Below are positions 50,901 through 60,305 of a stretch of DNA of 64,000 nt, in pieces. The stretch is taken from positions 236,964,001-237,028,000 of the forward strand of contig JANJGN010000002.1 in NCBI GenBank assembly GCA_026770705.1, read 5' to 3'. The position numbers and the translations under genes are program-made. The notes beneath the pieces were generated by a model. It was not told where the DNA came from and searched no databases. It saw nothing but the letters and a program-made list of their open reading frames with translations. Source of the DNA: Isurus oxyrinchus (lineage: Eukaryota). The stretch's first letter is position 1. The number at the start of each line of letters is the position of its first letter.

Positions 50901-52793
50901 AATAAAACTCTGATGACTTTAAAATGATAGGCTGCTGGCATTGAGAAAGAGTGAAATGGATCTTAGGCTATGTGACAAATCTGACTATATTGAATTTGCA
51001 GCCCGAATTACACCCAGTCGAATATTGTTTTCTATCATCAGATATATCATGAGCCACTGATCTGCTATCGCCTATTTTAGGGAATTTCAAAGTTTCAAAA
51101 CACTCCCGTTTCCCAGCTTTTTTGCAAAACTGGAGTCAGTGGCCCACAACCGACCAGCCTGCCCCCACTAGAACCCAACCTCCACCCCTTACAACGGCGC
51201 CTGACTTTCATTTCCACTAATTTCATTACTCGGACAAATCGAAGATCAAATCAGAATGTTTACATCTGGGCTAAATGCAGATCATCAGCAAAATAGGACG
51301 CCTATGGAATGTCAATAAATTCGCTCGTGTCACTGATGAGCCCTGCTCGGTCACGTATATTTCCGATATTTCATTTCACATAAAATGATCTAACGGCTAA
51401 CCCGTCTACTAACAATCATCCGTCCACTCAACGCCCCGTATCCCATTAGTCTATTCGATTTAAGACGGGTTTGCAGCTGTTAACGTGCACTTACAGATCC
51501 GGGGATCACAAGGAAAAATAAGCAGAATCGGTTAACACAAATCTGGCGGATCCTGGGAGAGCAGATGTTATGGATATCACTTCCAGAATAATCTCAGATT
51601 GCTGAAACTGTGCTATCCTGAGAATTTGCAAATTTCGGGAGACATTACAGTCATGGGATGGTCAATTTTCAGGTACATTAGGGATATCGTTTGAATGATA
51701 CTTTTTGACAGCTGTTTAGTTCCATAGGCCTAACTGTCGCCATTAAATTCTGGCTCCGTAACAATAAAACTCAGTCAGAAACAGCAGGCAGAAATTCGCA
51801 GTAGATAAAACTATGAAATATTTCCAATGGAAACGGCGAAATTGTTCATTCAAATTGCTGGAATTATCATACTGTCTGACGCTTTATTTTCCGAATGTGA
51901 ACAACAAAGATTGAAAAGTAAACCTTTATGCCTGAGACCACCATCCCACTATGTTCTAATTTATCAGATTTTAAAACCATCCTGTCTGTTGGTGCCAATA
52001 GCATTAGTAGAATTAAATTAGTTTTCCAAACTGGGATTTCCATCAAAATCACAACATTGAAACTAGAATGCTGCTACAATCCTTCCAAAACATCATTTCA
52101 CTCATATTTATTCATGTTACCATTTGTATCTTACAATATTAACTCTAATATCCAAACCTAAATGATGAAAACTCAATAACATAACATTGCATTACATTCT
52201 TTCAATGTTTTGCTTCGAATGGAAATTCACCCTGTGCATCAAAGAACTTCAGGTCAAAACAAAACTTTGTGATAGATGATTAAATTATTCCAATACTTCC
52301 TTACTAAACGTATGTATTATATAAGTAATACATACAATTAGTAAACCAGCTCAGAGACCAGAATATCTATCTGTCGTAATTTGTGTTTGATTAAGACATG
52401 GATAGTCATTCATTACAACTAAATGCCTATCCAATTCCATCGTAGCTGAAGTGTTTCTGGAAACCTTTTCCATGGTCACTGCACAGAAGAAGAAGTGGGT
52501 TTAATAACTGCAGAATTCGATATTGTTAATTGGGGCATGGCATTTCCCCCATCGCTTTCTCCCCGGGCAGAGTGGAGGTGGGAGTCTGCAAATGATCACC
52601 ATAAACACCGGGGAGATTTTGAAAAGGACGATTTGAAAAGAATAATTTGACAAATGTTAATGGATTCTGTGCGAGTGGGTGAAATGTGCCAAATCACTCC
52701 AAGACAATGAACCCTTTCCAGATTTCGTGAAAGCAGAATACACTTACCCAATGAAACTTGAAGAATCAGCACGAACATCCCCAAGCGCTGCAT
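14866..52793 (-). CDS. Gene model A: CD163/WC1/SCART-family group-B scavenger receptor (signal peptide, 8 SRCR, TM, Tyr-motif tail), 14 coding exons, ~999 aa
   Basis: Exons 52748-52793, 47081-47149, 44739-45050, 39511-39828, 38647-38961, 32573-32887, 29770-30081, 26875-27189, 26182-26496, 24481-24786, 20722-20853, 18179-18265, 18009-18092 and 14866-14939 join through phase-1 GT-AG introns into a stop-free 3000-nt CDS. Confidence 0.88.
16420..17410 (+). mobile_element. RTE-clade LINE 3' fragment
   Basis: DDCCLMAH…MQRALDLF…LSLNISK and [24 protein letters not shown]…GDQRK, typical of the RTE RT C-terminus; frameshifted. Confidence 0.8.
18009..18092 (-). CDS. Cytoplasmic exon 2 ([28 protein letters not shown])
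   Basis: TTTCATTTATAG| and AAG|GTAGGC, 84 nt, phase 1-1, follows an 86-nt intron. Confidence 0.85.
18179..18265 (-). CDS. Cytoplasmic exon 1 (…[19 protein letters not shown])
   Basis: TTATTATTACAG| and CAG|GTAATT, 87 nt, phase 1-1; the VYEEV motif resembles the WC1 YEEL motif. Confidence 0.88.
18290..18570 (-). mobile_element. CR1/HE1-type 3' tail
   Basis: gagcaggagtaggtcattcggtccctt…; [19 protein letters not shown]. Confidence 0.75.
18740..19360 (+). mobile_element. ZfL3/CR1-4-type LINE 3' end
   Basis: [23 protein letters not shown]; tail ggcagctcaccaccaccttctcaa…atgggcataaatgct…gaataaaaaa. Confidence 0.85.
20120..20650 (-). mobile_element. CR1 3' fragment
   Basis: Tail aagaaggaggtggttcggtccctcg and RT C-terminal remnants. 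Confidence 0.6.
20722..20853 (-). CDS. Stalk and transmembrane exon
   Basis: [44 protein letters not shown] (hydrophobic helix followed by RK); TTTTGCTTACAG| and AAG|GTTGGT; 132 nt. Confidence 0.88.
21200..22400 (+). mobile_element. CR1 RT to 3' tail fragments
   Basis: tttgctgatgataccaagataggtgg (FADDTKIG) followed by a decayed RT C-terminus. Confidence 0.8.
22400..23590 (-). mobile_element. ZfL3/CR1-4-type LINE fragment
   Basis: [15 protein letters not shown]…[17 protein letters not shown] motifs; same family as 18740-19360. Confidence 0.85.
24060..24460 (-). mobile_element. L2 LINE 3' fragment
   Basis: Reverse complement resembles the L2 tail at 43900-44420 and the copy at 25670-26130. 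Confidence 0.55.
24481..24786 (-). CDS. SRCR domain 8 exon (membrane-proximal)
   Basis: [40 protein letters not shown]...[10 protein letters not shown]; TTTTACTGCAG| and CTG|GTACGC; 306 nt. Confidence 0.95.
25363..25410 (-). CDS. Candidate 48-nt interdomain linker exon ([16 protein letters not shown]) between SRCR7 and SRCR8
   Basis: TCTATCTAG| acceptor, AGA|GTAAGA donor, phase 1-1, open; not needed to keep the frame. Confidence 0.4.
25670..26130 (-). mobile_element. L2 LINE 3' fragment
   Basis: gagggacttgaaaacaaggatgagaatttcaaa is the reverse strand of an FEILILVFK motif. Confidence 0.65.
26182..26496 (-). CDS. SRCR domain 7 exon
   Basis: [30 protein letters not shown]...[14 protein letters not shown]; TTTTGCAG| and CAG|GTATCA; 315 nt. 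Confidence 0.95.
26875..27189 (-). CDS. SRCR domain 6 exon
   Basis: [43 protein letters not shown]...EDAGVICS; the only nearby in-frame acceptor is TTCTGTCCTGAG|; donor CGG|GTGAGA; 315 nt. Confidence 0.92.
27870..28370 (+). mobile_element. CR1 3' fragment
   Basis: [12 protein letters not shown]…[13 protein letters not shown] and tail gaatggcctagacctgctc. Confidence 0.75.
28550..29450. mobile_element. ZfL3-type LINE tail (minus, ~28550-28980) next to a CR1 RT fragment (plus, ~29080-29450)
   Basis: ggcatccctggctaggccagcattt tail; ttcaaaagatatttgagaaggtgccac (decayed FQKAFDKVP-like). Confidence 0.65.
29770..30081 (-). CDS. SRCR domain 5 exon (6-Cys variant)
   Basis: [35 protein letters not shown]...DVGVVCS; TTCTTACAG| and CCG|GTACGA; 312 nt. 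Confidence 0.94.
30600..31140 (+). mobile_element. CR1 EN-RT linker fragment
   Basis: [11 protein letters not shown]…[25 protein letters not shown]. Confidence 0.75.
32573..32887 (-). CDS. SRCR domain 4 exon
   Basis: [43 protein letters not shown]...DAGVICS; acceptor TTTCTGCAAAAAG|, donor CTG|GTAGGT; 315 nt. Confidence 0.94.
33890..34390 (-). mobile_element. CR1 3' fragment inserted in Gypsy gag
   Basis: gaaatctacagcacaaagggaggccatttt tail interrupts the gag remnant. Confidence 0.65.
36355..36870. repeat. ~500-bp imperfect palindromic element inserted in Gypsy pol
   Basis: Central arms AGATGTCATAGAC (36575-36587) / GTCTATGACATCT (36601-36613); outer arms cagcaggtccgacagcatc / gatgctctcagacctgttg and tttcgagtc / gactcgaaa. 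Confidence 0.85.
38647..38961 (-). CDS. SRCR domain 3 exon
   Basis: [30 protein letters not shown]...DVSVICS; ATCAATAG| and CAG|GTAAGT; 315 nt. Confidence 0.95.
39150..39435 (+). mobile_element. DeuSINE/SacSINE1-like SINE
   Basis: Deu-domain-like tggttcaccaatgtcctttagagaaggaaacctgcc…cctacatgtgactccag and tail gggcaactagggaagggcaacaaatgctg. Confidence 0.7.
39511..39828 (-). CDS. SRCR domain 2 exon
   Basis: [14 protein letters not shown]...[24 protein letters not shown]...AGAICL; CCACAACAG| and TAG|GTAGGT; 318 nt. Confidence 0.93.
40190..41300 (-). mobile_element. CR1 fragments (3' RT, then EN/ORF1 remnants)
   Basis: [23 protein letters not shown]; [25 protein letters not shown]. Confidence 0.75.
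42190..42580 (-). mobile_element. ZfL3-type LINE tail
   Basis: gcaaggcccgcatttattgcacattcctagtt…aaggagctttggtgaattgctacagtgcatc. Confidence 0.7.
43090..43430 (-). mobile_element. DeuSINE/SacSINE1-like SINE
   Basis: Reverse complement of the 39150-39435 element (ctggagtcacatgtagg; tttcccttccctaaagggcattagtga). Confidence 0.7.
43960..44420 (+). mobile_element. L2 LINE 3' end
   Basis: [23 protein letters not shown] matches the L2 C-terminal LHWLP…FKIL motif. Confidence 0.7.
44739..45050 (-). CDS. SRCR domain 1 exon (divergent)
   Basis: [22 protein letters not shown]...VVCKQIGC...[13 protein letters not shown]...VIFCK; 8 Cys; TTTAACAG| and AAG|GTCTGT; 312 nt. Confidence 0.92.
47081..47149 (-). 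CDS. Gene A exon 2 ([23 protein letters not shown]), end of signal peptide and N-terminal linker
   Basis: Acceptor TTGCATTTCAG|, donor AAG|GTAAAG, 69 nt, phase 1-1, open; the acceptor context is conserved at window positions 8-40. Confidence 0.78.
48870..49460 (-). mobile_element. ZfL3-type LINE 3' fragment in gene A intron 1
   Basis: ccagcatttattgcccatacccagttgcccttgagaagg tail; absent from paralog B intron 1. Confidence 0.8.
52748..52793 (-). CDS. Gene A exon 1, signal peptide start [15 protein letters not shown]
   Basis: ATG at 52793, hydrophobic core, donor G|GTAAGTG; clearly homologous 46-nt exon at 6261-6306. Confidence 0.88.
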
Positions 52794-52934
52794 TTCACGG
52801 CCACTCTGTGTGAATCTGATCAATGGCTCTGTGGAGAAGCTGTATCGCAGCTCGGTGAGAAAAGCATGCAGCGCTCATGAGGCAACGGTTGTATTTATTC
52901 AACGGAAAGAGATTAAATCCCGACCTGACAATGA

Positions 52935-52944
52935 TTTCTGTTTC
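52935..52944 (-). promoter_or_regulatory. ISRE/IRF-like element GAAACAGAAA, ~140 nt upstream of gene A ATG
   Basis: Matches GAAANNGAAA; the aligned site in paralog B (6463-6474) is GGAAAGCAGAAA. Confidence 0.4.
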
Positions 52945-53145
52945 ATTTTTCAGTGGCATAGAAATAGAATCGCTACAACGTAACTGATATTACCAATTTA
53001 GGCAAAGCGACAGTATAATCGTGGTGGGAGGAGCTATATGAACTGGAAATTGCACCAGATTTATGATGAGAATACAAAGTTAGAAAATATCAGGGGGTTG
53101 GATTTAATAGTGCTCAATTTCATTAACGCCTGTAATTTTCTTCGG

Positions 53146-53153
53146 TTTATATA
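53146..53153 (-). promoter_or_regulatory. TATA-like TATATAAA upstream of gene A
   Basis: CTGTATATAAACCGA is identical in both paralogs (also 6665-6672), ~350-360 nt upstream of the ATG. Confidence 0.35.
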
Positions 53154-55494
53154 CAGTTACCCAACAGAAATACCCAGCGCCCACAGAATATGACGAAGGA
53201 TTAAAGCAGTGGCCTCGACTCAGTGATAATTCCTTGTGCCCAGCGAGAGGGATGGCCGAAATGTGAAATGTGGCTGAATGTCTATAATGTGCTCTAGTCC
53301 ACTGTCGTGTAAGGTACAAAACATTATGAGATTGTTTTCATATCTGGATAGAAGATAATCAAATATTTTATATTGAATAGGGATCTTCAGGCTTAATATC
53401 AGAGTGATAGATGCATTAAGGTAGAAATAATTAGTTTGCACTTCTTGAATGGTGGTAAGTTCCTCAGGTCGATTTGTTCTTGGATTTGGCTCTCACTCTG
53501 TTCACTTGCTTACCTCTGTTTCTCTCCTGTCTGTTTGTATCTCTCTTCCTGTCTCTGGCACCATTCATTTGCCTCTCCATGCAGACTTGGAGAATTCATG
53601 CTACTGATCAAGAAATTAATATGCTTTGAATAATAACCTTGTGAAAGTGATTTAAAATCCCATCATGAAAGTTTCCGAATTTGATTCCATTTAGAAGAAG
53701 TTATCAGCAAAACAGATCATGTAGCCTTCAGATGGCATCCAAAGCCTAGTAGTCCACATGCGCCCTTTAAAGAAGGAACCCTGCATTCCTTATCACTTGT
53801 CTGACATGCGAATGTCACACGACCACGACTGATTCCGAACTGCCATGTGAACTGGTTGGTGTTAAATCAAACTGCCTAGTTATTAATTTTTTTTACCGGT
53901 ATATATTTGGCACAGGGAATGATTTTTACTTTAAAACTGCTCGACCAGATATATCTTGGACGAGCCAGTTACCAGTGCGCACAGGATTGAACCGGGCAGC
54001 TTCACAGTAAAAAACATTTGAATTTCTGAATCCATTGTTGTTGGGAGTGGACCCCAGATAGAACTTAGAACAACTTGACTCATCACCGACTACGCGAGGG
54101 CAATTAGGACTGGGCAATATATATTGGCCTCGCCAGAAAAGTCCACAACCAGTGAACTAATATAAAAAGGGTGGAACCAGCAGGGGGAATTAAACTGACT
54201 AGAAGAGCTTGTCGGTGGAATTGGATGTAGGGGTAGTAGTGATCAGGATCTGGATGAGTAATGAGAAACTGTGGACCACGGTTTTAATGTCGAACTGGCA
54301 GAAGTGCGCCTGAGCTTCGGGGCTCCACTAATATATATTTCACAATCTACTTATACATTGCATCCTGTAGCAGTCTCTTTAAAAACGGTATTCTTGGCTG
54401 GCACAGCTGCTTTTGCTTAACGCAACCAACCATGTTTCCCCAATTACGTAAAGGAGGCATCAAACAGGGGTTACATGCTTGCGAAAACTATTTCAAGTGT
54501 AAAATCTGTTTCAGGTGCAGACTCTGAATAGAGCTTTTGGTTACTATAAACATCTCTGAATTGCTAACTCAAAATGTGCACCCGCAAGCGGCACATCATT
54601 TTGGATGCTTTCGCATTATTTACCGTCTGGAACACGGGTGTTCCTTATGGAAGTTTTGGATCCCCTTCTTTCCCTGCCAGAATTATCTCACTGTTTGGAC
54701 ATCCTATATAATCGAATTGTTTCCATCCACACCTGCAGTTTTTTTTTTATCTCTTTTTTCATTAATTTCCAGGGCCTAACTGCCTGCCTCTTTCTGTCTT
54801 CACAGAGGCAATTGTTTTTCACTTTTCTACCTGCATCGTTCCCAGTACTTCACTTATTTATCTTTCTCTGGTGATTCCTTATGCATTTCTGTTCTGTATT
54901 TGTGCTTATAAAAGTAAATATCTTGTGTGAATTAAGTTTCAGTGAGACAAGCAGGCTAAGTAAGAATCATAAAATTAAAGAATTAGACATTTTAAAGGGA
55001 GGACATTCGGCCTATTGTGCTTGTGCTGATTATTTTCTAGACAAATCCAGTTTATCTCACTCCACTGCACTTCACCCGTGGCCTTGCATTTATTTTCCTA
55101 CAAGCATATATTGGATTTTCCATTTCAGTCATTGGACTGTTTGACCTTCCAGGTAGTAGATTCCGCATCACAAGAATTCGCTGTGTAAAAATATGTTTCC
55201 ACATTTTGCATCTGATTTTAAGTCCATGTTGCCAACTCATCCACCACTGCAACATGTCACCCTTATGTACCCGATCAGAGCCATTCATATTTTTGTGCAC
55301 TATCAAACTGTCTTTACTCCAAGGAGAACAATCCACATTACCCAATCTCTCCACTTAACTGAAGTCTTTGGTCACTTTCTCGTAAAACTTATCTGCAATG
55401 CATCTGAGGCCTTGACGTTCTTTTTAAAGATTGGTACCCGGAATTCGACAGATAACCCACCCGAGTCCAAACCACTGGTGTAAATTTAAAACAC

Positions 55495-55700
55495 AATGTT
55501 CTGAAAAACTCAGAAGAATCTGGCAGGATCTGAGACGAATCAAACAGACTTAACATTTTGATGCCAATGTGGAAGCCATATCAGACTTCGAACCGCTAAA
55601 TCTTTTCCTTTCTCCACAGAGCAGCATGCCAGACCTGTCTATAATTTTCAAGTGCTTTCGTTTTAATTTCCGTTTCCCCTCATATGCAATATTTTGCATT
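55495..55700. repeat. Short palindromic element (same family as 36355-36870)
   Basis: gaaaaactcag…tctggcagg arm versus catgccagacctg…ttttc arm. Confidence 0.55.
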
Positions 55701-55899
55701 TATTTCAGTGTTTTAAATTGCTTAACCTATATTCCTTGTGCTTTTTTATTCCATTTGTGTCAGTAAAGCCAGAGTTCGCAGAAGCCTCTCCTAAACTTAT
55801 CCCATCAGAACGTCTATGCACACATACTCACACAGCTCTCTACTCTTACAGCCCCTTTAGCATCAGTTCATTGGGTTCAAATCGAACCTCTGCATTCTT

Positions 55900-56900
55900 C
55901 CAAACACAGTATAACTCTAGAACAGTTACGGTGTGGAAAGCGGCCATTCAGCCTACCGTATCTGAGCCCACCAAAAAGAGAGAAAAGAAATTGACCGCTC
56001 TTCTTAATCGCACAAACCATCACTTGTTCTGTAGCCTTGCAGGTTCCATCATTTCGGATGCACATCCAGGTACAATTAAATGAGTTGAGCGTTTCACCCT
56101 TTGGGTGAAAAACGTTTTCCTCATATCGCCTGTAATCCTTCTCCCAGTCACCTTAGTTCGATGCTACCTGGTAATTAAGGCCTCAGCCAGGGGACGGAAG
56201 TATATCCTGTCCACCTTACCTCGACCCCTCATAATTTTTGTTACAACAATTAGGTTATCCCTTAGATCCTCCATTCTGAGGACAACCTCTCTACCATTTC
56301 CAAGCTCTCCTCATAGTTGCAATTTTCAAGCTCTGATAACATTCTTGTAAATCTCCTCTGCACTCTCTTCACAGCAATTATCTCCTTCTTGCAATGTGGT
56401 GACCAGAACTGTACACAACATTCCAGCTGTGGCCTATTGAAAGATTTGTACTGTTCCATCATTACATCCCTGCTTTTGTATTCAATAACTTGTCCAACAA
56501 AGGAAAGCATTCCACGTCCTTTCTGGACCGCCTTTCTCAACTGTTCAGTGACATTCAAGAAGAACGTTGCGCATCCCGCATGGTCTTTCACTTCATCTAC
56601 ATGTGTCTGTCCATTTTACTAATCTGTCGATGTCACCTCCAAATCTGTCCCTATGTCCTGTTTACTATGGCTTTGTGTGTTGTATCATCTGCTATTTCTG
56701 ATATTTCGTCGCAGAGCTCAAGGATATTAATCAAACATGATTGGTTATTAAAAATAACGCGCTGACTTCACTTACTCAGCTCATACCCTTCTAAATGACA
56801 ATTATTTATTTCCAGATGTGTTGTTTATAAATGCTTTCAAACCGCCAATGTTAGGCTGGCGAGTCTGTAATTGTCTGTTAAATTCCCTCGCTTTTTTTGG
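55900..56900 (-). mobile_element. CR1 RT 3' fragment
   Basis: IEYKSRDVMMEQYKSFNRPQLECCVQFWSPH…VQRRFTRML. Confidence 0.8.
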
Positions 56901-57109
56901 AGGGGGAATGAGTGGGGTGGGGGTCCTTGTAATTCCTATACTCCAGTTGTCTGGCACCAGTCCCACATCAAAGATTAGAAGCCTCTGGTCATTTCAACTC
57001 ATGCAGTCTTCACTAGCCTGGGAAACAGCCTATCCAACCTGAGACTTATCTATTTGCAGTTAATAGGTTTAAAACGGACTGTTAGTTTCACTCCAGTGTT
57101 TACTTTACT

Positions 57110-58020
57110 ATTCATTCACAGGCATCGCTTTCAAGGGCAGAATTAAATACACATCCCTAATTGCCTTTCAGAAGGCCATGTTCATTCGCATTCATGAACT
57201 GCTGCAGCCCTTGTGATGTAGGTACACGGAGAGGCATGCTTGGGACGGAATTCCAGTGTTTTGACGTAGCAACACTAACGTAACAGCGATATGTTAACAG
57301 GTCAGTATGGTATGTGTCTTCAATGGGGACTTGAACTTATTGTCCTTGTTCCTCAGCATGGTACAAGGCACGTGTTTGGAAGATGCTGTCGAATGTGCCT
57401 TGGAGAGTTACTGTGTGCGTTCTGTACATGGAAATACATTTTTCTGCATGCACCAGTTGTTGCGGGAAAGTGTATTTAAGCTGGTTGAAAGGGTGCCAAT
57501 CCCTGGGCTGGAATGCCATAATAGGTGCCGAGCCTTTTCTGTCTTGTTGGAGATGCAATCATACGGGAAAGCGGGCAATATTCCATTAGAACCCTGACTT
57601 GTGTTTGTAGATGATGCAAAGGCCTTGGGGAGTCAGGAAGGGTATTACTAGCTGCAGAAATTCCAGCTTCTGACTAGCTCAGTAATTATGCAACTGGTTA
57701 AGTTCATGGTCAGTGGTAACACTCATTATAATGGTGATGAGAGTGTCAGTGAAGGTAATGCCGCTGCATGGTAAAGAGAGATATTGAGATAGTCTCCTGC
57801 TGTAGATGGTCATTTTCCGGGACTCGATGGAAGAACGTTAGGCATGTTTTCTGCATGCGGGCGAGGCCTGCTTCATGACCTGAAGAGTAATGAACGGAAC
57901 TTAACACTTATTAATCATCAGCAATCTTCTCCACTCCTGACATTATGAGGAGGGAAGTTCATTTATAAAGCAGTTCGAGATGGCTGAGCCTCGGCACTAC
58001 GGTGAAGAACTCTTCAGCAA
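57110..58020 (-). mobile_element. ZfL3-type LINE fragment
   Basis: Same family as 22400-23590 (ttggggagtcaggaagggtattact; aatcatcagcaatc). Confidence 0.7.
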
Positions 58021-58029
58021 AGCCTCGGT

Positions 58030-60305
58030 GCTCATATGGGTTCTTTTAAGGAACTGTGACCGTAACATGACAGAATTCTTCATTGGGATGGAAAGTGAAG
58101 TAGCCCTATTTGATACCAGGGTTCTAAAGCTTAACAAAGGAAAGTACGAAGATATGATGCGTGAATTGGCTAAGATAGATAGTGGAATTTATTCAAAGGC
58201 ATGATGGTAGCAATGGCTGTTCCAATGGCTAATATTTAAGGAAGGGACCTATGCATTGCAAGAGTTATACATTCCTTTCTGGCACAAAAAACACAAGAGG
58301 AACAGTGGCCCTATCATGACTAACAAAAGTAATTAAAGAAAGTATTAAATCCAAAGACGAGTCATATAAATATGAAAGAAAAAGTTGAAAGCATGAGGAT
58401 GGGGCGTAGTTTAGAATTCAACAAAGGAGGAGCCGGAAATTGATTATGAGAGGAAAAATCGGGAATGAGAGTAAGATTGCAAGGAACTTAATAGCGGACT
58501 ATAAACACTTCAACAATTGTGCCAGAAGATAAAGATTAGTGAAGGCAAATGTAGATCCCATACAGTCCAAAATTGGAGAACTTATAACAGAGAAAATGGA
58601 AACGCAGAGCAACAGACAGGTACTTTAGTTATATCTTCATGGAGGAAGACACAAATAACGTCCAAGAAATTCGAGGGAATCAAGGGTTTAGTGTGGAGGG
58701 ATTGAAGGAAATTGGCATTACTAAGCAATAGTGCTTGAAAAATTAATAAGACAGAAAGCTGATAAATCCCCAGGGCCCGATAACCTACATCCCTTGGTAC
58801 TAAGTGGGTTGGCCAGAGAAATAATGCTTCTATTGGTTGGCATCTTTCAAATCTCCATAGATTCTGGAACAATCCCAGCAGATTGAACAGTGGCACATAT
58901 AGATCCACTATTTGAAAAAGGAGGGACCAAGAAAACATCGAATTGCAGAGCAGTTCACCTAACATCAGTAGTAGGGAAAACGCTACTGTCTATTATAAAG
59001 GGTGTGTTAACAGGACATTTAGAAAATATAAAAGGGATTAGACAAAGTCAACATGGATTCATGAAAGTTAAATCACGTTTACCAAAGGTACTGGTGTTGT
59101 TTGAGTACGTAACTAGCAGAATATTATGACAGAGAACCAGATGATGTGATATATTTGGATTTTCAGAAAGCCTTTGATAAGGTTCCACATAAGAGCTTCA
59201 GTGTGTAACATTAAGCACATTGACTAGGGGGAAGGAGATTGGAATGGATTGAGAATTGGTTAGCAGTCAGAAAACAGAGATTAAGAGCAAATAGGTCTTT
59301 TTGGTGTGGCAGGCAGTGAACAGTTTGTTACCACAGGGATCATTGCTTGGGCCCCAGATTGTCCAAAATATATCAATGATTTGGATGAGGGAACCAAATG
59401 TAATCTTTTGAAGTCTGCTGACGACAGGACACTTGGTGGAAATGTAAGAGATGAAGCGGATTGTAAGAGGCTTCAAGACGAGTTGGACAGGTTCGGTGAG
59501 TGGGCAAATATATGGCAAGTGCAATAGAACATGAATGAGTGTGAAGTTATCTACTTCGGTGGGAAAAACAGAATGGCTGAGTATTATTTAAATGATGATA
59601 TATTGGGAAATGATGTGTTCCAAAGGAACCTGGGTGTCCTTGTACACAAATCACTGAAAGCAAGCATGCAAGTGCAGTAAGCAAATACGAAGGCAAATTA
59701 TATGTTGGCTTTCATTGAGAGAGGACTTGAGTACCGGAGCAAAGATTTCTTACTGCAGCCATACAGGGCCTTGGTGAAACAAAACCTGAAGTATTATGTG
59801 CAGTTATTGTCTCGTTACCTAAGAAATGGTATACTTGCCATAGAGGGAGTGCAGAGAATGTTCACCAGGCTGGTGCCTGGGATGGCAGGATTGTCATATG
59901 AAGACAGAGTTGCCCAACTAGGCCTGTATTAGTGGGAATTTAGACGAATGAGAGGGGAACTAATTGAACTTGTGAAATTCTGCCAGGAATGGACAGAATG
60001 GATGCACGGGGTCTAGTATATTGGGTCACAATGTCAGAATATGCTGTAAGCCATTTAGGGCGGAAATGAATGATCCTTTTTGGTGAAGGTGTGGAAATCT
60101 CTACCACCGAAGGCTGAGGGCAATTCACTGAATATACTTCAGGAGGAAATACATAGATTTCTGGAGTCTAAAGGCATCAAGAGGCATGGGGAGAGTGCGA
60201 GAGTATGGCTCTGAGATAAATGATCAGGCATGATGATATTGAATTGTGGAGCAGGCTCGAAGGTGTGAATGACCTACCACTTTCCTATTTACTATGTTTC
60301 TATGT
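58030..60305 (+). mobile_element. CR1 LINE, ~2.3 kb 3' portion (RT)
   Basis: PLFEKGG…NCRAVHLTSVVGK, QHGFMK, DFQKAFDKVPH, YINDLDEG…ADD, LEYRSKD; stops and frameshifts. Confidence 0.9.

Noticed and set aside
14866-52793. Assigning a symbol such as DMBT1, CD163 or WC1
   Set aside because: No CUB/ZP domains or SID repeats (not DMBT1); orthology within the CD163/WC1/SCART family cannot be resolved without phylogeny.
53960-54010. tRNA B-box-like GGTTCAATCC on the minus strand
   Set aside because: No cloverleaf could be drawn; most likely a decayed tRNA-derived SINE head.
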